Of a stretch of DNA of 64,000 bases, positions 40,165-49,202 are shown piece by piece. This stretch comes from Oligoflexia bacterium (GTDB lineage: Bacteria; Bdellovibrionota; UBA1018). Position numbers and translations under genes: made by a program. Position 1 is the stretch's first letter. Each line of letters begins with the position of its first letter. Under the pieces are notes generated by a model. It ran no database searches. It saw only the letters and a program-made list of their open reading frames with translations, and was not told the DNA's origin. The DNA lies in NCBI GenBank assembly GCA_903895855.1, contig CAITVN010000072.1, positions 67,932 through 131,931 on the forward strand. The letters are read 5' to 3'.

Positions 40165-42026
40165 AATCGACACCGAAAATCAAGCTGATCTTAGTCGCAG
40201 TTACCGCGGTGAATTTTTCTCAAGCAACTGCGGCTATCGCAGCCACTTCGGCAACAGTGAGTCAAGAACAAGAGGCCGCGAGGCTGGCTAAGCAACTCAA
40301 GCCCATTAACGATGCCACTTGGAGCACCGTCGCTTCAGCGAAAGCTACCGATCGGTACACCGTTACCAAAGGCGATACCCTTTACGATTTATCAAAAAAA
40401 CTTTTCAACGATTCAAAATACTGGCCGAAGCTTTGGGCGGTCAACAATGGCAATATTTTAAATCCTCACCTGCTCAAGCCAGGAATGACGATCACCTTTT
40501 CAAGCGGTACGGCGACCCAATTGCCCGAGGTCTCTGTTAATGATCCGAACGCTCTCATCACCCGTAGCGGATCAGCAACCAAGAACAGCACGGCGTCTGC
40601 TGCTACAGCGATGGCTTCGGCAGGCGAAACGAAGTCTGACGCTTCGGGATCGAGTGAGGCATCACCTTCAGTTTCAGGTGACTCAGGTGACACTCCAAAA
40701 AAGCGCTCCGAAGAATGGAAAACTCTGCCCGTTCAGTCTTGGGAATCAACCAACTTGAAACTGCCAGCAGGCGTCGACCGCGATGGGTTTGACGGCCGAA
40801 ACGCTCGCTTTAAGATTGCCCGAAAAACTGGGTTTGAAATTGAAGCGATTGCGGCGACTGATCGACTTGCTCACCTGGGGCGAATCATCGGGTCGCGCAC
40901 TGAAGCCTCGTTTCTCTCAATTGGCGATACCGTTTACATTGAAGCAGACGAAGAAATCAAAATCGGCGAGACTTATGTCATCACTAATGACCCCCAAAAA
41001 CTCAAATCTCGCAAATCTGACCGAACTGGCTACTCGTACAATATTTTAGGCCAAGTTCGAATATTGGGTGTTCGAGACAACCTTTATATTGGCACGATCA
41101 TTTCAGGCAAAGACGTCAGCTTTCGCGGAGCCGTTCTGATCAAGAATCAACTGAGAATTCCACAGATGGATGCCATCGCCGGCCCTGAATCAATTGAGGG
41201 CGTCTTGATGCTGAATAAAACCATTTCAACCTACGCGACGGCTCAGCACAAACTAGTCTTCATCGATAAAGGTTCAGACGATAAAGTGCGGCCGGGAATG
41301 GTCTTTCGGGCCTACCAGCATTACGATCCGGGAAATGACAAGAAACTCACCAACGCCGATTTCATCATCGCCGCTGACATTCAAGTGGTTCAAGTGAGTG
41401 AAATGTTCAGCTCTGGAATTGTGATTCGAACGATGATGCCGATAACAGAAAATACGAGTGTCGTGCTACTCACCGATGTCGCTGACCTGAAGTCTAACAA
41501 GGGTTTCAGAGATCGTAGCCCAGAAGATCGACGAAAAGATCAGGAGCTCGACGACCTCGACAAGCTAGACGGTGGCGCCGCTCTGAAAAAAGACGAACAA
41601 AAAGAATTGAAACAGCTTGAACAGTGGAAGCAAAACCCGGGAGAAGCCCCCGCAGCCCCTGGAGTACCCGCCGGTGAAACCAAAGGCAGTGAAACTAAAG
41701 TTGACGACACGAAAGGCACTCAGAAGCCCGAGCCAAAATCTGACTCAAACTCAGACGCTGCACTCGACTCTCTGGCTCCGCCTTCGGGAGATAGCCCGAG
41801 CCCCGCTGCGACTCCCCCCGCTGCGGCCACACCGCCAGAGACGGCGCCGCCATCGGGCGCAGGAACTGAGTCGCTTGCACCGCCGCCTTCGGCACCTGCT
41901 TCTAGTGAAGCCGTACCCCCAGCGCCGGCAGCGCCCGCAACTGAGACGGCGCCACCAGCACCAGCAACTCCAACGCCGGGAACTCCGCCCCCAGGGGCAG
42001 AAGACTTGGCTCCGCCATCGAATTAG
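40161..42026 (+). CDS. LysM-domain protein with Pro/Ala-rich repetitive C-terminus
   Basis: Signal peptide, LysM (YTVTKGDTLYDLSKKLF...WPKLWAVNN) and a C-terminal PAPA-rich tail with the SLAPPS motif three times. Confidence 0.7.
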   Translation: MKSTPKIKLILVAVTAVNFSQATAAIAATSATVSQEQEAARLAKQLKPINDATWSTVASAKATDRYTVTKGDTLYDLSKKLFNDSKYWPKLWAVNNGNILNPHLLKPGMTITFSSGTATQLPEVSVNDPNALITRSGSATKNSTASAATAMASAGETKSDASGSSEASPSVSGDSGDTPKKRSEEWKTLPVQSWESTNLKLPAGVDRDGFDGRNARFKIARKTGFEIEAIAATDRLAHLGRIIGSRTEASFLSIGDTVYIEADEEIKIGETYVITNDPQKLKSRKSDRTGYSYNILGQVRILGVRDNLYIGTIISGKDVSFRGAVLIKNQLRIPQMDAIAGPESIEGVLMLNKTISTYATAQHKLVFIDKGSDDKVRPGMVFRAYQHYDPGNDKKLTNADFIIAADIQVVQVSEMFSSGIVIRTMMPITENTSVVLLTDVADLKSNKGFRDRSPEDRRKDQELDDLDKLDGGAALKKDEQKELKQLEQWKQNPGEAPAAPGVPAGETKGSETKVDDTKGTQKPEPKSDSNSDAALDSLAPPSGDSPSPAATPPAAATPPETAPPSGAGTESLAPPPSAPASSEAVPPAPAAPATETAPPAPATPTPGTPPPGAEDLAPPSN

Positions 42027-42029
42027 GTT

Positions 42030-42078
42030 GGCGACAACACGATGTTGGTCTCAAAAATTCAGAGTTCAATTTTTAATG
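42030..42078 (+). repeat. copy 2 of the repeated intergenic element, 3 nt after the LysM gene stop
   Basis: Same orientation as copy 1. It lies between the convergent LysM and rdgB genes. Confidence 0.8.
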
Positions 42079-42176
42079 TAGTCTGGAAGACGCGTCACGC
42101 TAGCCGGAAACCTACTCCCAAGTTTCTCACCGAAAGCTGATCAGTTGACCAAAGGTGATAGGCCTATTTTGAAAGG

Positions 42177-42860
42177 TCAAGGCTTCGAAAGGATGATGCC
42201 CTTAGGGCCCAACTGAGCCATCAGACCTTGAATGGCCTTGGCTCGGTGGGACATCGAATTTTTTTCTGTTGCAGTCATTTCTGCCAGCGTTTTCGAATGA
42301 CCTTCGGGAATAAAAACACCGTCGTACCCAAATCCCATTGAACCTCTCGGCTCACTTGAAATCGTGCCTTCAAGCACGCCCTGAGCATGAATCAAAATAC
42401 CTTCCATACAAAGGCTGACGACACACACGAACCGAGCTGTTCTAGGAGCACCCGGCGATTTTTTCATCTCGCTTAACAAAAGTTCAATATTCGCTCGGTT
42501 TTGCTCTTCTCTTGAGACAGCATAAGGGCCAACCTTGGCAAATCGAAAGCTATGAACCCCCGGTTTTCCGTTCAAACTGTCAACTTCAAGTCCGGTATCG
42601 TCAGCAAGCGACGGAAAATGAGTCGCATGATTAATCAATCTGGCCTTAGCCATCGAATTTTCGAGGTAGGTTTGGTGATTCTCAACCTGGCCAATTTTGT
42701 CTGAATTTCTCACCAAATCAGCAACTTTCACCAAGGTTACATTGGGAAATGCCGAGAAAATGGCTTTCATTTCCTCAAATTTATCAGAATTATTGGACGC
42801 AAAGACAACTTGTTTTACCAATCTCACTCGAATTAACCCCTTTTTGTGTTCGTAATCCAA
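42177..42860 (-). CDS. rdgB: non-canonical purine NTP pyrophosphatase (RdgB/Ham1)
   Basis: VVFASNNSDKFEEMK N-terminal motif and the Ham1 fold. Confidence 0.8.
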   Translation of the reverse strand: MDYEHKKGLIRVRLVKQVVFASNNSDKFEEMKAIFSAFPNVTLVKVADLVRNSDKIGQVENHQTYLENSMAKARLINHATHFPSLADDTGLEVDSLNGKPGVHSFRFAKVGPYAVSREEQNRANIELLLSEMKKSPGAPRTARFVCVVSLCMEGILIHAQGVLEGTISSEPRGSMGFGYDGVFIPEGHSKTLAEMTATEKNSMSHRAKAIQGLMAQLGPKGIILSKP

Positions 42861-43934
42861 TTTAGGCTTAGGATTTGCTTTTGTCTACTGCTCACCATGC
42901 CTAGAATTGAAATCACCCCCTCTACCCACCCAGAGTTTTTTTCACTGCTCGCTCAAGTCGAGAGAGCCCCGACCCAACTATGGATCGAATCTGAACGTTC
43001 GATTTCTCATTGGACCGAAAATCTCCCAGAAAAAGGCCTCGCCATCGTCGGCACAAGAGAACCCACGACCAAATCGGCTCAACTCATCAAAGACAGTCTC
43101 GGCCAACTGAGCACTCTATCTCAGCTTTCAATTAAAAACAGCGTACCCAATATTATCGTGTCGGGCTTCGCCCGCGGCATCGATTACCTCGCACACACCG
43201 CTGCAGTCGACTGCGGACTTGAAACCATTGCCATTCTTGGCGCTGGTTTAGACACTGAATATCCGGCCCATTACCGTACCCTAAAAAGGCAAATTCTAGG
43301 CTCGGGCGGGGCGCTCATCACCGAATTTTCGTCACACACCAAAACAGCAGGCTGGCACTTTATTCTCAGAAATCGACTCATTGCCGCACTGGCAAAGGCG
43401 ACCTGGGTGGTCGAAGCCCCTTCTCGTTCGGGAGCCCTCAACACCGCCCACTGGGCGTTCGGACTTGATCGTGATGTGTATGCGACTCCTCAGTTCCCGG
43501 GAGGCGTCTATCTGATGGGTTGCCAAAAACTACTCTCACAAACTCAGGCCAGAGCATTTTGGGACCTCGAATCTCTCGGTGAAACCTGGCTTTCGCTCTC
43601 AACTGCAAATCAGTTGACTCGTCCAAAAGCTGGGCTCTCGGGCGATCAGAATGCCTATTTGCCGCAACTCAAACTACTGACACCGCTCGAGAAAGAATTT
43701 TTGAAACACTTGCTAGAAACTCTCGATACTACCCAAAACGTTCATTTCGAAGATCTCATCGATCTCGGAGACCGAATCAAAATCCCCCACCCTCAGTGGA
43801 TCAGAATTGTCCAAGACCTCAGGGCCCAGGGCTTGGTCGATCTAAAAAAAGATCGCTATTTTTTGAATTCGGCGAAATGCCAGGAAATTGGCGTTTTACT
43901 CGGTAAAAACAGAGAAAACCAACTGAATGGGTAG
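42846..43934 (+). CDS. dprA: DNA-processing protein DprA (Smf)
   Basis: Rossmann-like DprA core (GFARGIDYLAHTAA...GALNTA) and a C-terminal winged-helix-like domain. It sits upstream of topA, a conserved smf-topA arrangement. The start is probably the internal MPRIEI. Confidence 0.85.
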   Translation: MFVIQFRLRICFCLLLTMPRIEITPSTHPEFFSLLAQVERAPTQLWIESERSISHWTENLPEKGLAIVGTREPTTKSAQLIKDSLGQLSTLSQLSIKNSVPNIIVSGFARGIDYLAHTAAVDCGLETIAILGAGLDTEYPAHYRTLKRQILGSGGALITEFSSHTKTAGWHFILRNRLIAALAKATWVVEAPSRSGALNTAHWAFGLDRDVYATPQFPGGVYLMGCQKLLSQTQARAFWDLESLGETWLSLSTANQLTRPKAGLSGDQNAYLPQLKLLTPLEKEFLKHLLETLDTTQNVHFEDLIDLGDRIKIPHPQWIRIVQDLRAQGLVDLKKDRYFLNSAKCQEIGVLLGKNRENQLNG

Positions 43935-46362
43935 CCGCTACCCCCCTCAGATAATGAACTCACGAAAAATCGAGGTTGATCAATTGCCTGACCTACCGCT
44001 AAATAATGCTATGGCCAAAAAAGCACTAGTAGTCGTCGAGTCACCTTCGAAGGCTAAGACCATTCAAAAATACTTAGGGCGAGACTACATTGTCAAAGCC
44101 AGCGTCGGCCACATTAAAGACCTGCCGAAGAGCAAATTGGGCGTCGACCCTGCAAAAGGTTTCAAACCCGAGTACCAAGTGATTCAGGGCAAAGCCAAAA
44201 TCATTGAAGAGCTAAAGAAGGCGGCAGCCAAAGTTCCAGAAATTTTTCTAGCCCCCGATCCTGACCGAGAAGGAGAAGCGATCGCCTGGCACATTCACGA
44301 AGAACTCAAGGGCAAAGGAAAAAAAATTCATCGCGTCTTGATCAATGCCATCACAAAGGTGGCCGTCAAAGAAGCACTCGATCACCCGCAAAAGTTAGAC
44401 ACTAAGAAATTCAATGCTCAACAAGCCAGACGCATTCTCGATCGATTAGTCGGTTATAAGATTAGCCCCCTACTCTGGGATAAAGTGCGCCGTGGAATTT
44501 CAGCAGGGCGAGTGCAGTCAGTGGCATTGCGTTTAGTCGTTGAGCGCGAAGTTGAAGTCAAAGCGTTTGTTCCTGAAGAATACTGGCAACTCGGTGCCGA
44601 CTTTGAAAAACAGAAAATCGAATTCACCACCCGACTTTTCAAAATTGCCGGAAAAGACCCTGAACTCAACACCCAAGCTGACGTGAAACCGCTAACTGAT
44701 GGGTTGCGATCGGCTGAGTTCAAAATTAAGGGCATCGAGCGCAAAGAGCGCTCACGTAAGCCACAACCACCGTTCATCACGAGCCGCATGCAGCAAGAAG
44801 CTGCCAGAAAATTAGGGTTTAGCGCTAAGAAAACGATGGCAATGGCCCAGCGGCTTTACGAAGGTATTGATCTTGGCGACATCGGCACGACCGGTTTGAT
44901 CACCTACATGAGAACCGATTCGACCAGAGTCGAGCCCGGAGCAATCAAAGAAGTGAGAGAATTTATTGCCACTGAGTACGGAAAAGATTTCGTGCCAGCT
45001 GAACCCAACCTCTATAAAACAAAAAAATCGGCGCAAGACGCCCACGAGGCGATTCGACCTACGTCATTAGAACTGATTCCGAGCCGAGTGATGCCGTTTC
45101 TCGAGAAAGACGAATTTCGCCTCTATCAGCTCATCTGGAATCGCTTCATTGCTTCACAAATGACCCCGGCCGTTTTAGATCAAACAGCGGTTGATGTCAT
45201 TGCCTTTGACAGCCAAAAGCGTGAAATCTGTTTTCGAGCCACGGGTTCGGTAGTCAAATTTGCGGGATTTACGGCAGTCTACTCTGAAGGCCACGACGAA
45301 AATACCGCAAAAAAAGGGCAAACGAGCGCAGAAGATGATGACGAAGATGCCCGGGCGTTGAAGCTTCCGCCACTCAAAGCCGGCGACACCGTCAACTGGG
45401 TTAGCTTCGCGCCCACTCAACACTTTACTCAACCACCTCCGCGCTTTACCGACGCCTCACTCATTCGAGAGCTTGAAGAACGTGGTATCGGTAGACCGTC
45501 GACCTACGCGACCATTTTGAGCAACCTTCAAGACCGCGAGTACGTCGAGAAACGTGAAAATAAGTACTACCCCAGTGAACTAGGCCAAGTCGTCACCGAA
45601 TTATTGGTCAAATCATTTCCTGATATTCTCAACTCTGAGTTTACAGCCGAAATGGAAAACAAATTAGACCAAATCGAAGAAGGCGACGCCAACTGGAAAG
45701 AAATTTTATCAGACTTCTGGAAGCCGTTTGAGAAGACTTTAGAAAAAGCTAAAGTTCAGATGAAAAACATCAAACAGCAGGAAGTTCCTACCAAAGTACC
45801 GTGCGAAAAATGTGGCAAGCACTACAATATTCGCTGGGGAAAAATGGGTTCATTTTTATCGTGTTCGCAATACCCTGAGTGCAAGAGCACCCAGGATTTC
45901 AAAAAAGATGAACAAGGCGAAATTGTCATTGTTCCAAAACAGTATAGCGATAAAAAATGCGAAAAATGCGGCAACTTGATGTTGGTAAAATCTGGCAAAT
46001 TTGGAAAATTTCTCGCCTGTAGCGACTATCCAGACTGCAAGTCAACTGCTGCGATCGGTACGGGCATACCTTGCCCTTCTTGCAAGGTCGGCGAAATCGT
46101 CGAACGCCAGTCTCGCTTTCGTCGCATCTTTTACTCATGTGGCAAGTGGCCAGCGTGTAATTACGCCATGTGGGACAAACCGGTCAGTCGGCCTTGCCCT
46201 AAGTGCCAATGGCCGATTCTGACTGAAAAAGTGACAAAAAAATTGGGCTTGATTGAAAAATGCCCACAAAAAGAGTGCGGCTATCAAGAGGTGATCGATC
46301 CGTTATTTGGCAAAGGTGAGCCGAAACCTGAGGGGGCAGCAGACGGTACGACTACCGCCTAA
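43927..46362 (+). CDS. topA: DNA topoisomerase I
   Basis: 811 aa with Toprim ALVVVESPSKAKTI, the catalytic domain and four C-terminal Cys4 zinc ribbons. Confidence 0.95.
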   Translation: MGSRYPPQIMNSRKIEVDQLPDLPLNNAMAKKALVVVESPSKAKTIQKYLGRDYIVKASVGHIKDLPKSKLGVDPAKGFKPEYQVIQGKAKIIEELKKAAAKVPEIFLAPDPDREGEAIAWHIHEELKGKGKKIHRVLINAITKVAVKEALDHPQKLDTKKFNAQQARRILDRLVGYKISPLLWDKVRRGISAGRVQSVALRLVVEREVEVKAFVPEEYWQLGADFEKQKIEFTTRLFKIAGKDPELNTQADVKPLTDGLRSAEFKIKGIERKERSRKPQPPFITSRMQQEAARKLGFSAKKTMAMAQRLYEGIDLGDIGTTGLITYMRTDSTRVEPGAIKEVREFIATEYGKDFVPAEPNLYKTKKSAQDAHEAIRPTSLELIPSRVMPFLEKDEFRLYQLIWNRFIASQMTPAVLDQTAVDVIAFDSQKREICFRATGSVVKFAGFTAVYSEGHDENTAKKGQTSAEDDDEDARALKLPPLKAGDTVNWVSFAPTQHFTQPPPRFTDASLIRELEERGIGRPSTYATILSNLQDREYVEKRENKYYPSELGQVVTELLVKSFPDILNSEFTAEMENKLDQIEEGDANWKEILSDFWKPFEKTLEKAKVQMKNIKQQEVPTKVPCEKCGKHYNIRWGKMGSFLSCSQYPECKSTQDFKKDEQGEIVIVPKQYSDKKCEKCGNLMLVKSGKFGKFLACSDYPDCKSTAAIGTGIPCPSCKVGEIVERQSRFRRIFYSCGKWPACNYAMWDKPVSRPCPKCQWPILTEKVTKKLGLIEKCPQKECGYQEVIDPLFGKGEPKPEGAADGTTTA

Positions 46363-46365
46363 CTC

Positions 46366-47697
46366 ATGGACATTTTGTTTGTTCACTCAAACCCTGAAAC
46401 CTGTCACGTCTTTTCTTTTGCGATCGAGGGCTCTTTCAGTGCGAGCGTCACTTGCGCAAACGATGCACACGAAGCTTTTGACTACCTAGTCGAAGACCAT
46501 AAAATTGATCTGATCATCTGCGAAAACTCAGCAGCGAATTTGAAACTTTTCAAGTTCTTACTCTCGGTCGATAGCCCTTTATCTTGCATTTTAATCAAGA
46601 GCCCAACGCCAAACACTCTGGCCTTTCCAGACCTAAAAATTTTAGGTGAAGTTTCGGCCGACCATATTGTTGATCAGATTCGCCCGATGTTAGATGCATT
46701 TCGAGAAACCCTCGCACAGTCGCCCGGCGAGGCTTCAGACTACGTTCGAATTAAAACAGAACTTTTGCTCAAAGTAGCCCCCCTTCAAGCTGACATTTTT
46801 ATTCAGCTCTCTCGCATTAAATTCGTACGCTTATTTCTCAAGGGCGATGTTTTTGATGAGGCAGACCTAAAACGAATACTAAAAGACAAGCAAGTCGAAT
46901 ACCTCTATGTCAAAATCGATAATGCGGCAGACTTCATCGCCCACTTTGGAGAGACGTTAACCAAGCTCTTGGCCGATAAAGGACTCAAAGAAAGTTCAAT
47001 ACCTACTCTGGCCACTTCGATTCACGAAGCGTGCATGGAGATCGGCAGTCAGCTCGGATTCACCCCTGAAGTGCAAAAACTAGTGAAACAAAACGTTCAA
47101 ACCGTCATTCAAGGCGCAACCGTCGCTCCGTCATTGAAGACGCTTTTGGCGCGCATGAGTACTGACAAGAAAAATTACATTCCGGCCCATAGCGTGATGG
47201 TGGCTCACATCGCTTGCTCGATCGCAATCAAGATGGGGTGGGAGTCTGACGCTACCTACGAAAAACTCACCTATGCCGGATTTTTACATGATGTCATGTT
47301 AAAAAACCCCGACATCGCCATCATCGACACTCCAGATGAGCTGAAACTGATAAAAAATAAGTTCACCCCTGAAGAAGTGCGAACGTTCTTGAGCCACGTA
47401 CAAGAATCGACAAACTATGTGTCGCAGTTTTCAGAACTGCCGCCCGATATTGAGACCATCATTTTTCAACACCATGAACGCCCTGATGGAACCGGATTTC
47501 CGCGCAAGCTCAGCGCCACCACCATCTCACCAATTTCAGCCGTTTTCATCGTCGCCCACGATATCGTGCAGACCTACTTCAAGCAAACGGGTACGATTGA
47601 TGACGTGATCGCGAACTACAAAATGAATTTCAAGGCCGGAAACTTTAAACGCGTCGTCGAAGTGCTTCTCGAGCTCAAGGCTGAGTGGGCAGAGTAG
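46366..47697 (+). CDS. HD-GYP-type phosphohydrolase with degenerate N-terminal receiver-like domain
   Basis: HD motif (GFLHDV) and HHERPDGTGFP, a GYP-to-GFP variant. The N-terminal roughly 120 aa are receiver-like but lack the canonical acidic pocket. Confidence 0.7.
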   Translation: MDILFVHSNPETCHVFSFAIEGSFSASVTCANDAHEAFDYLVEDHKIDLIICENSAANLKLFKFLLSVDSPLSCILIKSPTPNTLAFPDLKILGEVSADHIVDQIRPMLDAFRETLAQSPGEASDYVRIKTELLLKVAPLQADIFIQLSRIKFVRLFLKGDVFDEADLKRILKDKQVEYLYVKIDNAADFIAHFGETLTKLLADKGLKESSIPTLATSIHEACMEIGSQLGFTPEVQKLVKQNVQTVIQGATVAPSLKTLLARMSTDKKNYIPAHSVMVAHIACSIAIKMGWESDATYEKLTYAGFLHDVMLKNPDIAIIDTPDELKLIKNKFTPEEVRTFLSHVQESTNYVSQFSELPPDIETIIFQHHERPDGTGFPRKLSATTISPISAVFIVAHDIVQTYFKQTGTIDDVIANYKMNFKAGNFKRVVEVLLELKAEWAE

Positions 47698-47710
47698 AGC
47701 CGAATAGCCC

Positions 47711-49027
47711 TTACTTAGTAGTGCCCACTTCACTTCGCTTTGCAAAAGCCACACAAAACGCATCGGTGGCATGTGCGGCACAGTAATTGGTGTTGCACAG
47801 CACGGGCTCAAGCCACCCGCCCGTAACACAAGCTTGCGGCACTTGAAAGGCCGGAGGAGCGCTTGCGTGCGCATCAGTGGTACCATTAGTCACCGCGACG
47901 CTCATCGCCGGCATCATCGGATGCAAACCTTGATCACCATAAAAATCTGCTCCATAGCCGGGTCCAAGATCTAAAGTGCTCGAGTAAAAGGTCACACCGC
48001 TAGGAGCTGTGCCTTGTTCGCCAAACTGCATCGTGCCGGCAATATCGATCGTAATGTCGACATTGAAAAATTCGGTAATCTTCTCAGGAATCGTGAAAGA
48101 AGCCGGCAAAACTGCATTCACACCTCCTGCGGTTGAATGAGTGCCCACAATGATCGGTGTTCCATTGGTGTCATCGTAAGTCTCACTGGTGCCCCAAAAC
48201 GTATCGTCAGCAAAAAGGTCAATTGTGCTTTGGGTTCCACTACACGAGCTGTGGCCGCCAACCAGAGTATTCACACAAGTAGCCCCTGGATGATCATTAT
48301 CATCGACCGATAAGAAAAATGTTTTGTAGCCAGCAGTGTTCTCAACTTGCCGTCTCAACCAAAACCACTTGCCTGAATCAGGCACCATTTCAACCACAAA
48401 GTCTCGCTTCCAGTATTTGCCGATCGTATTAAAGTAAAGTCTGAAGTTTCGAGTGGTCTGCGCATTCAACACCGTGGTGTCAGTGAAGTCGGTCTCCCAA
48501 GAAGTATTAGGAACATGAAAGGCCGTCGGCAGTTTCATTTCTAAGTACAAAAACTGCATCTTGTAGCCACTATAGGTTCCGGCTGTGAAGGTGGTGCTCG
48601 AAAAGAGTTCACGAGCTGCACCCACCTGCGAAAAATCAAGAATCAACGGCCTCGATTCAGTGTAGGTCGGATTGGCCTCATCGGGGTTGATCACGTTAAC
48701 CTGAGTGCCATCTGACTTTAACAACCAAAAATTTACCAAAGCAATTTTATAACTCGATGGTGTCACCAGGCTTTCGCCTGATCGATTCAATTCGAAAGGC
48801 AAATCAAGCCCCAAAATAGACTCCAAGCGACTTGCATGCCCCGAAGGAGCCGTCTGAGCAATCGTATCTAGAACAGCAGTGAACTTGACACCGAGCGCTT
48901 CAGCCGGAACTACAGTGCTCGAAGCGGTGGTTCCGCAACCCGTCAGACCATTTACCAAACTAACCGAGAACGAAGCAATCAATAATGAGTCAAAAAATCT
49001 AGATCGAATTTTCATACGAGTCTCCAA
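47711..49027 (-). CDS. hypothetical lipoprotein (secreted)
   Basis: 438 aa with TTG start and lipobox LTGC. Thr/Ser/Gly-rich with no recognised domain. Confidence 0.5.
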   Translation of the reverse strand: METRMKIRSRFFDSLLIASFSVSLVNGLTGCGTTASSTVVPAEALGVKFTAVLDTIAQTAPSGHASRLESILGLDLPFELNRSGESLVTPSSYKIALVNFWLLKSDGTQVNVINPDEANPTYTESRPLILDFSQVGAARELFSSTTFTAGTYSGYKMQFLYLEMKLPTAFHVPNTSWETDFTDTTVLNAQTTRNFRLYFNTIGKYWKRDFVVEMVPDSGKWFWLRRQVENTAGYKTFFLSVDDNDHPGATCVNTLVGGHSSCSGTQSTIDLFADDTFWGTSETYDDTNGTPIIVGTHSTAGGVNAVLPASFTIPEKITEFFNVDITIDIAGTMQFGEQGTAPSGVTFYSSTLDLGPGYGADFYGDQGLHPMMPAMSVAVTNGTTDAHASAPPAFQVPQACVTGGWLEPVLCNTNYCAAHATDAFCVAFAKRSEVGTTK

Positions 49028-49202
49028 TTGAGTAAATTAATAATTGTTTAATTAAAGTTTAAGACGTCTCACGAAAATAGAACAGACTTTTCCGATAATC
49101 CAGCGCTCGACTTCAAGGCTACCCCGCCCGCGTAATACCCAGTTTAGACGGGTTTTTTTTTATAACAAGAATGGTGGCTTCTAGTGAGCTAAAGAGAGAT
49201 GA

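Noticed and set aside
38774-42078. Interpreting the repeats as attL/attR of an integrated mobile element
   Set aside because: There is no integrase, recombinase, transposase or tRNA in or near the 3.2-kb bracketed unit, and the cargo is ordinary envelope genes. I kept it as a repeat finding rather than calling a mobile element.
49127-49162. Weak CCCG...CGGG stem followed by a T10 run, considered as a terminator
   Set aside because: The stem is only 4 bp with an 18-nt loop, and both flanking genes are transcribed away from it. It is more likely a T-tract in a divergent promoter region.
49175-49190. TGGC-N9-GC match to the sigma54 -24/-12 elements upstream of the 650-aa gene
   Set aside because: The -12 element would place the transcription start only about 3 nt before the ATG and on top of the AGAGAG ribosome-binding site. 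That is incompatible with a functional leader, so it is probably a chance match.
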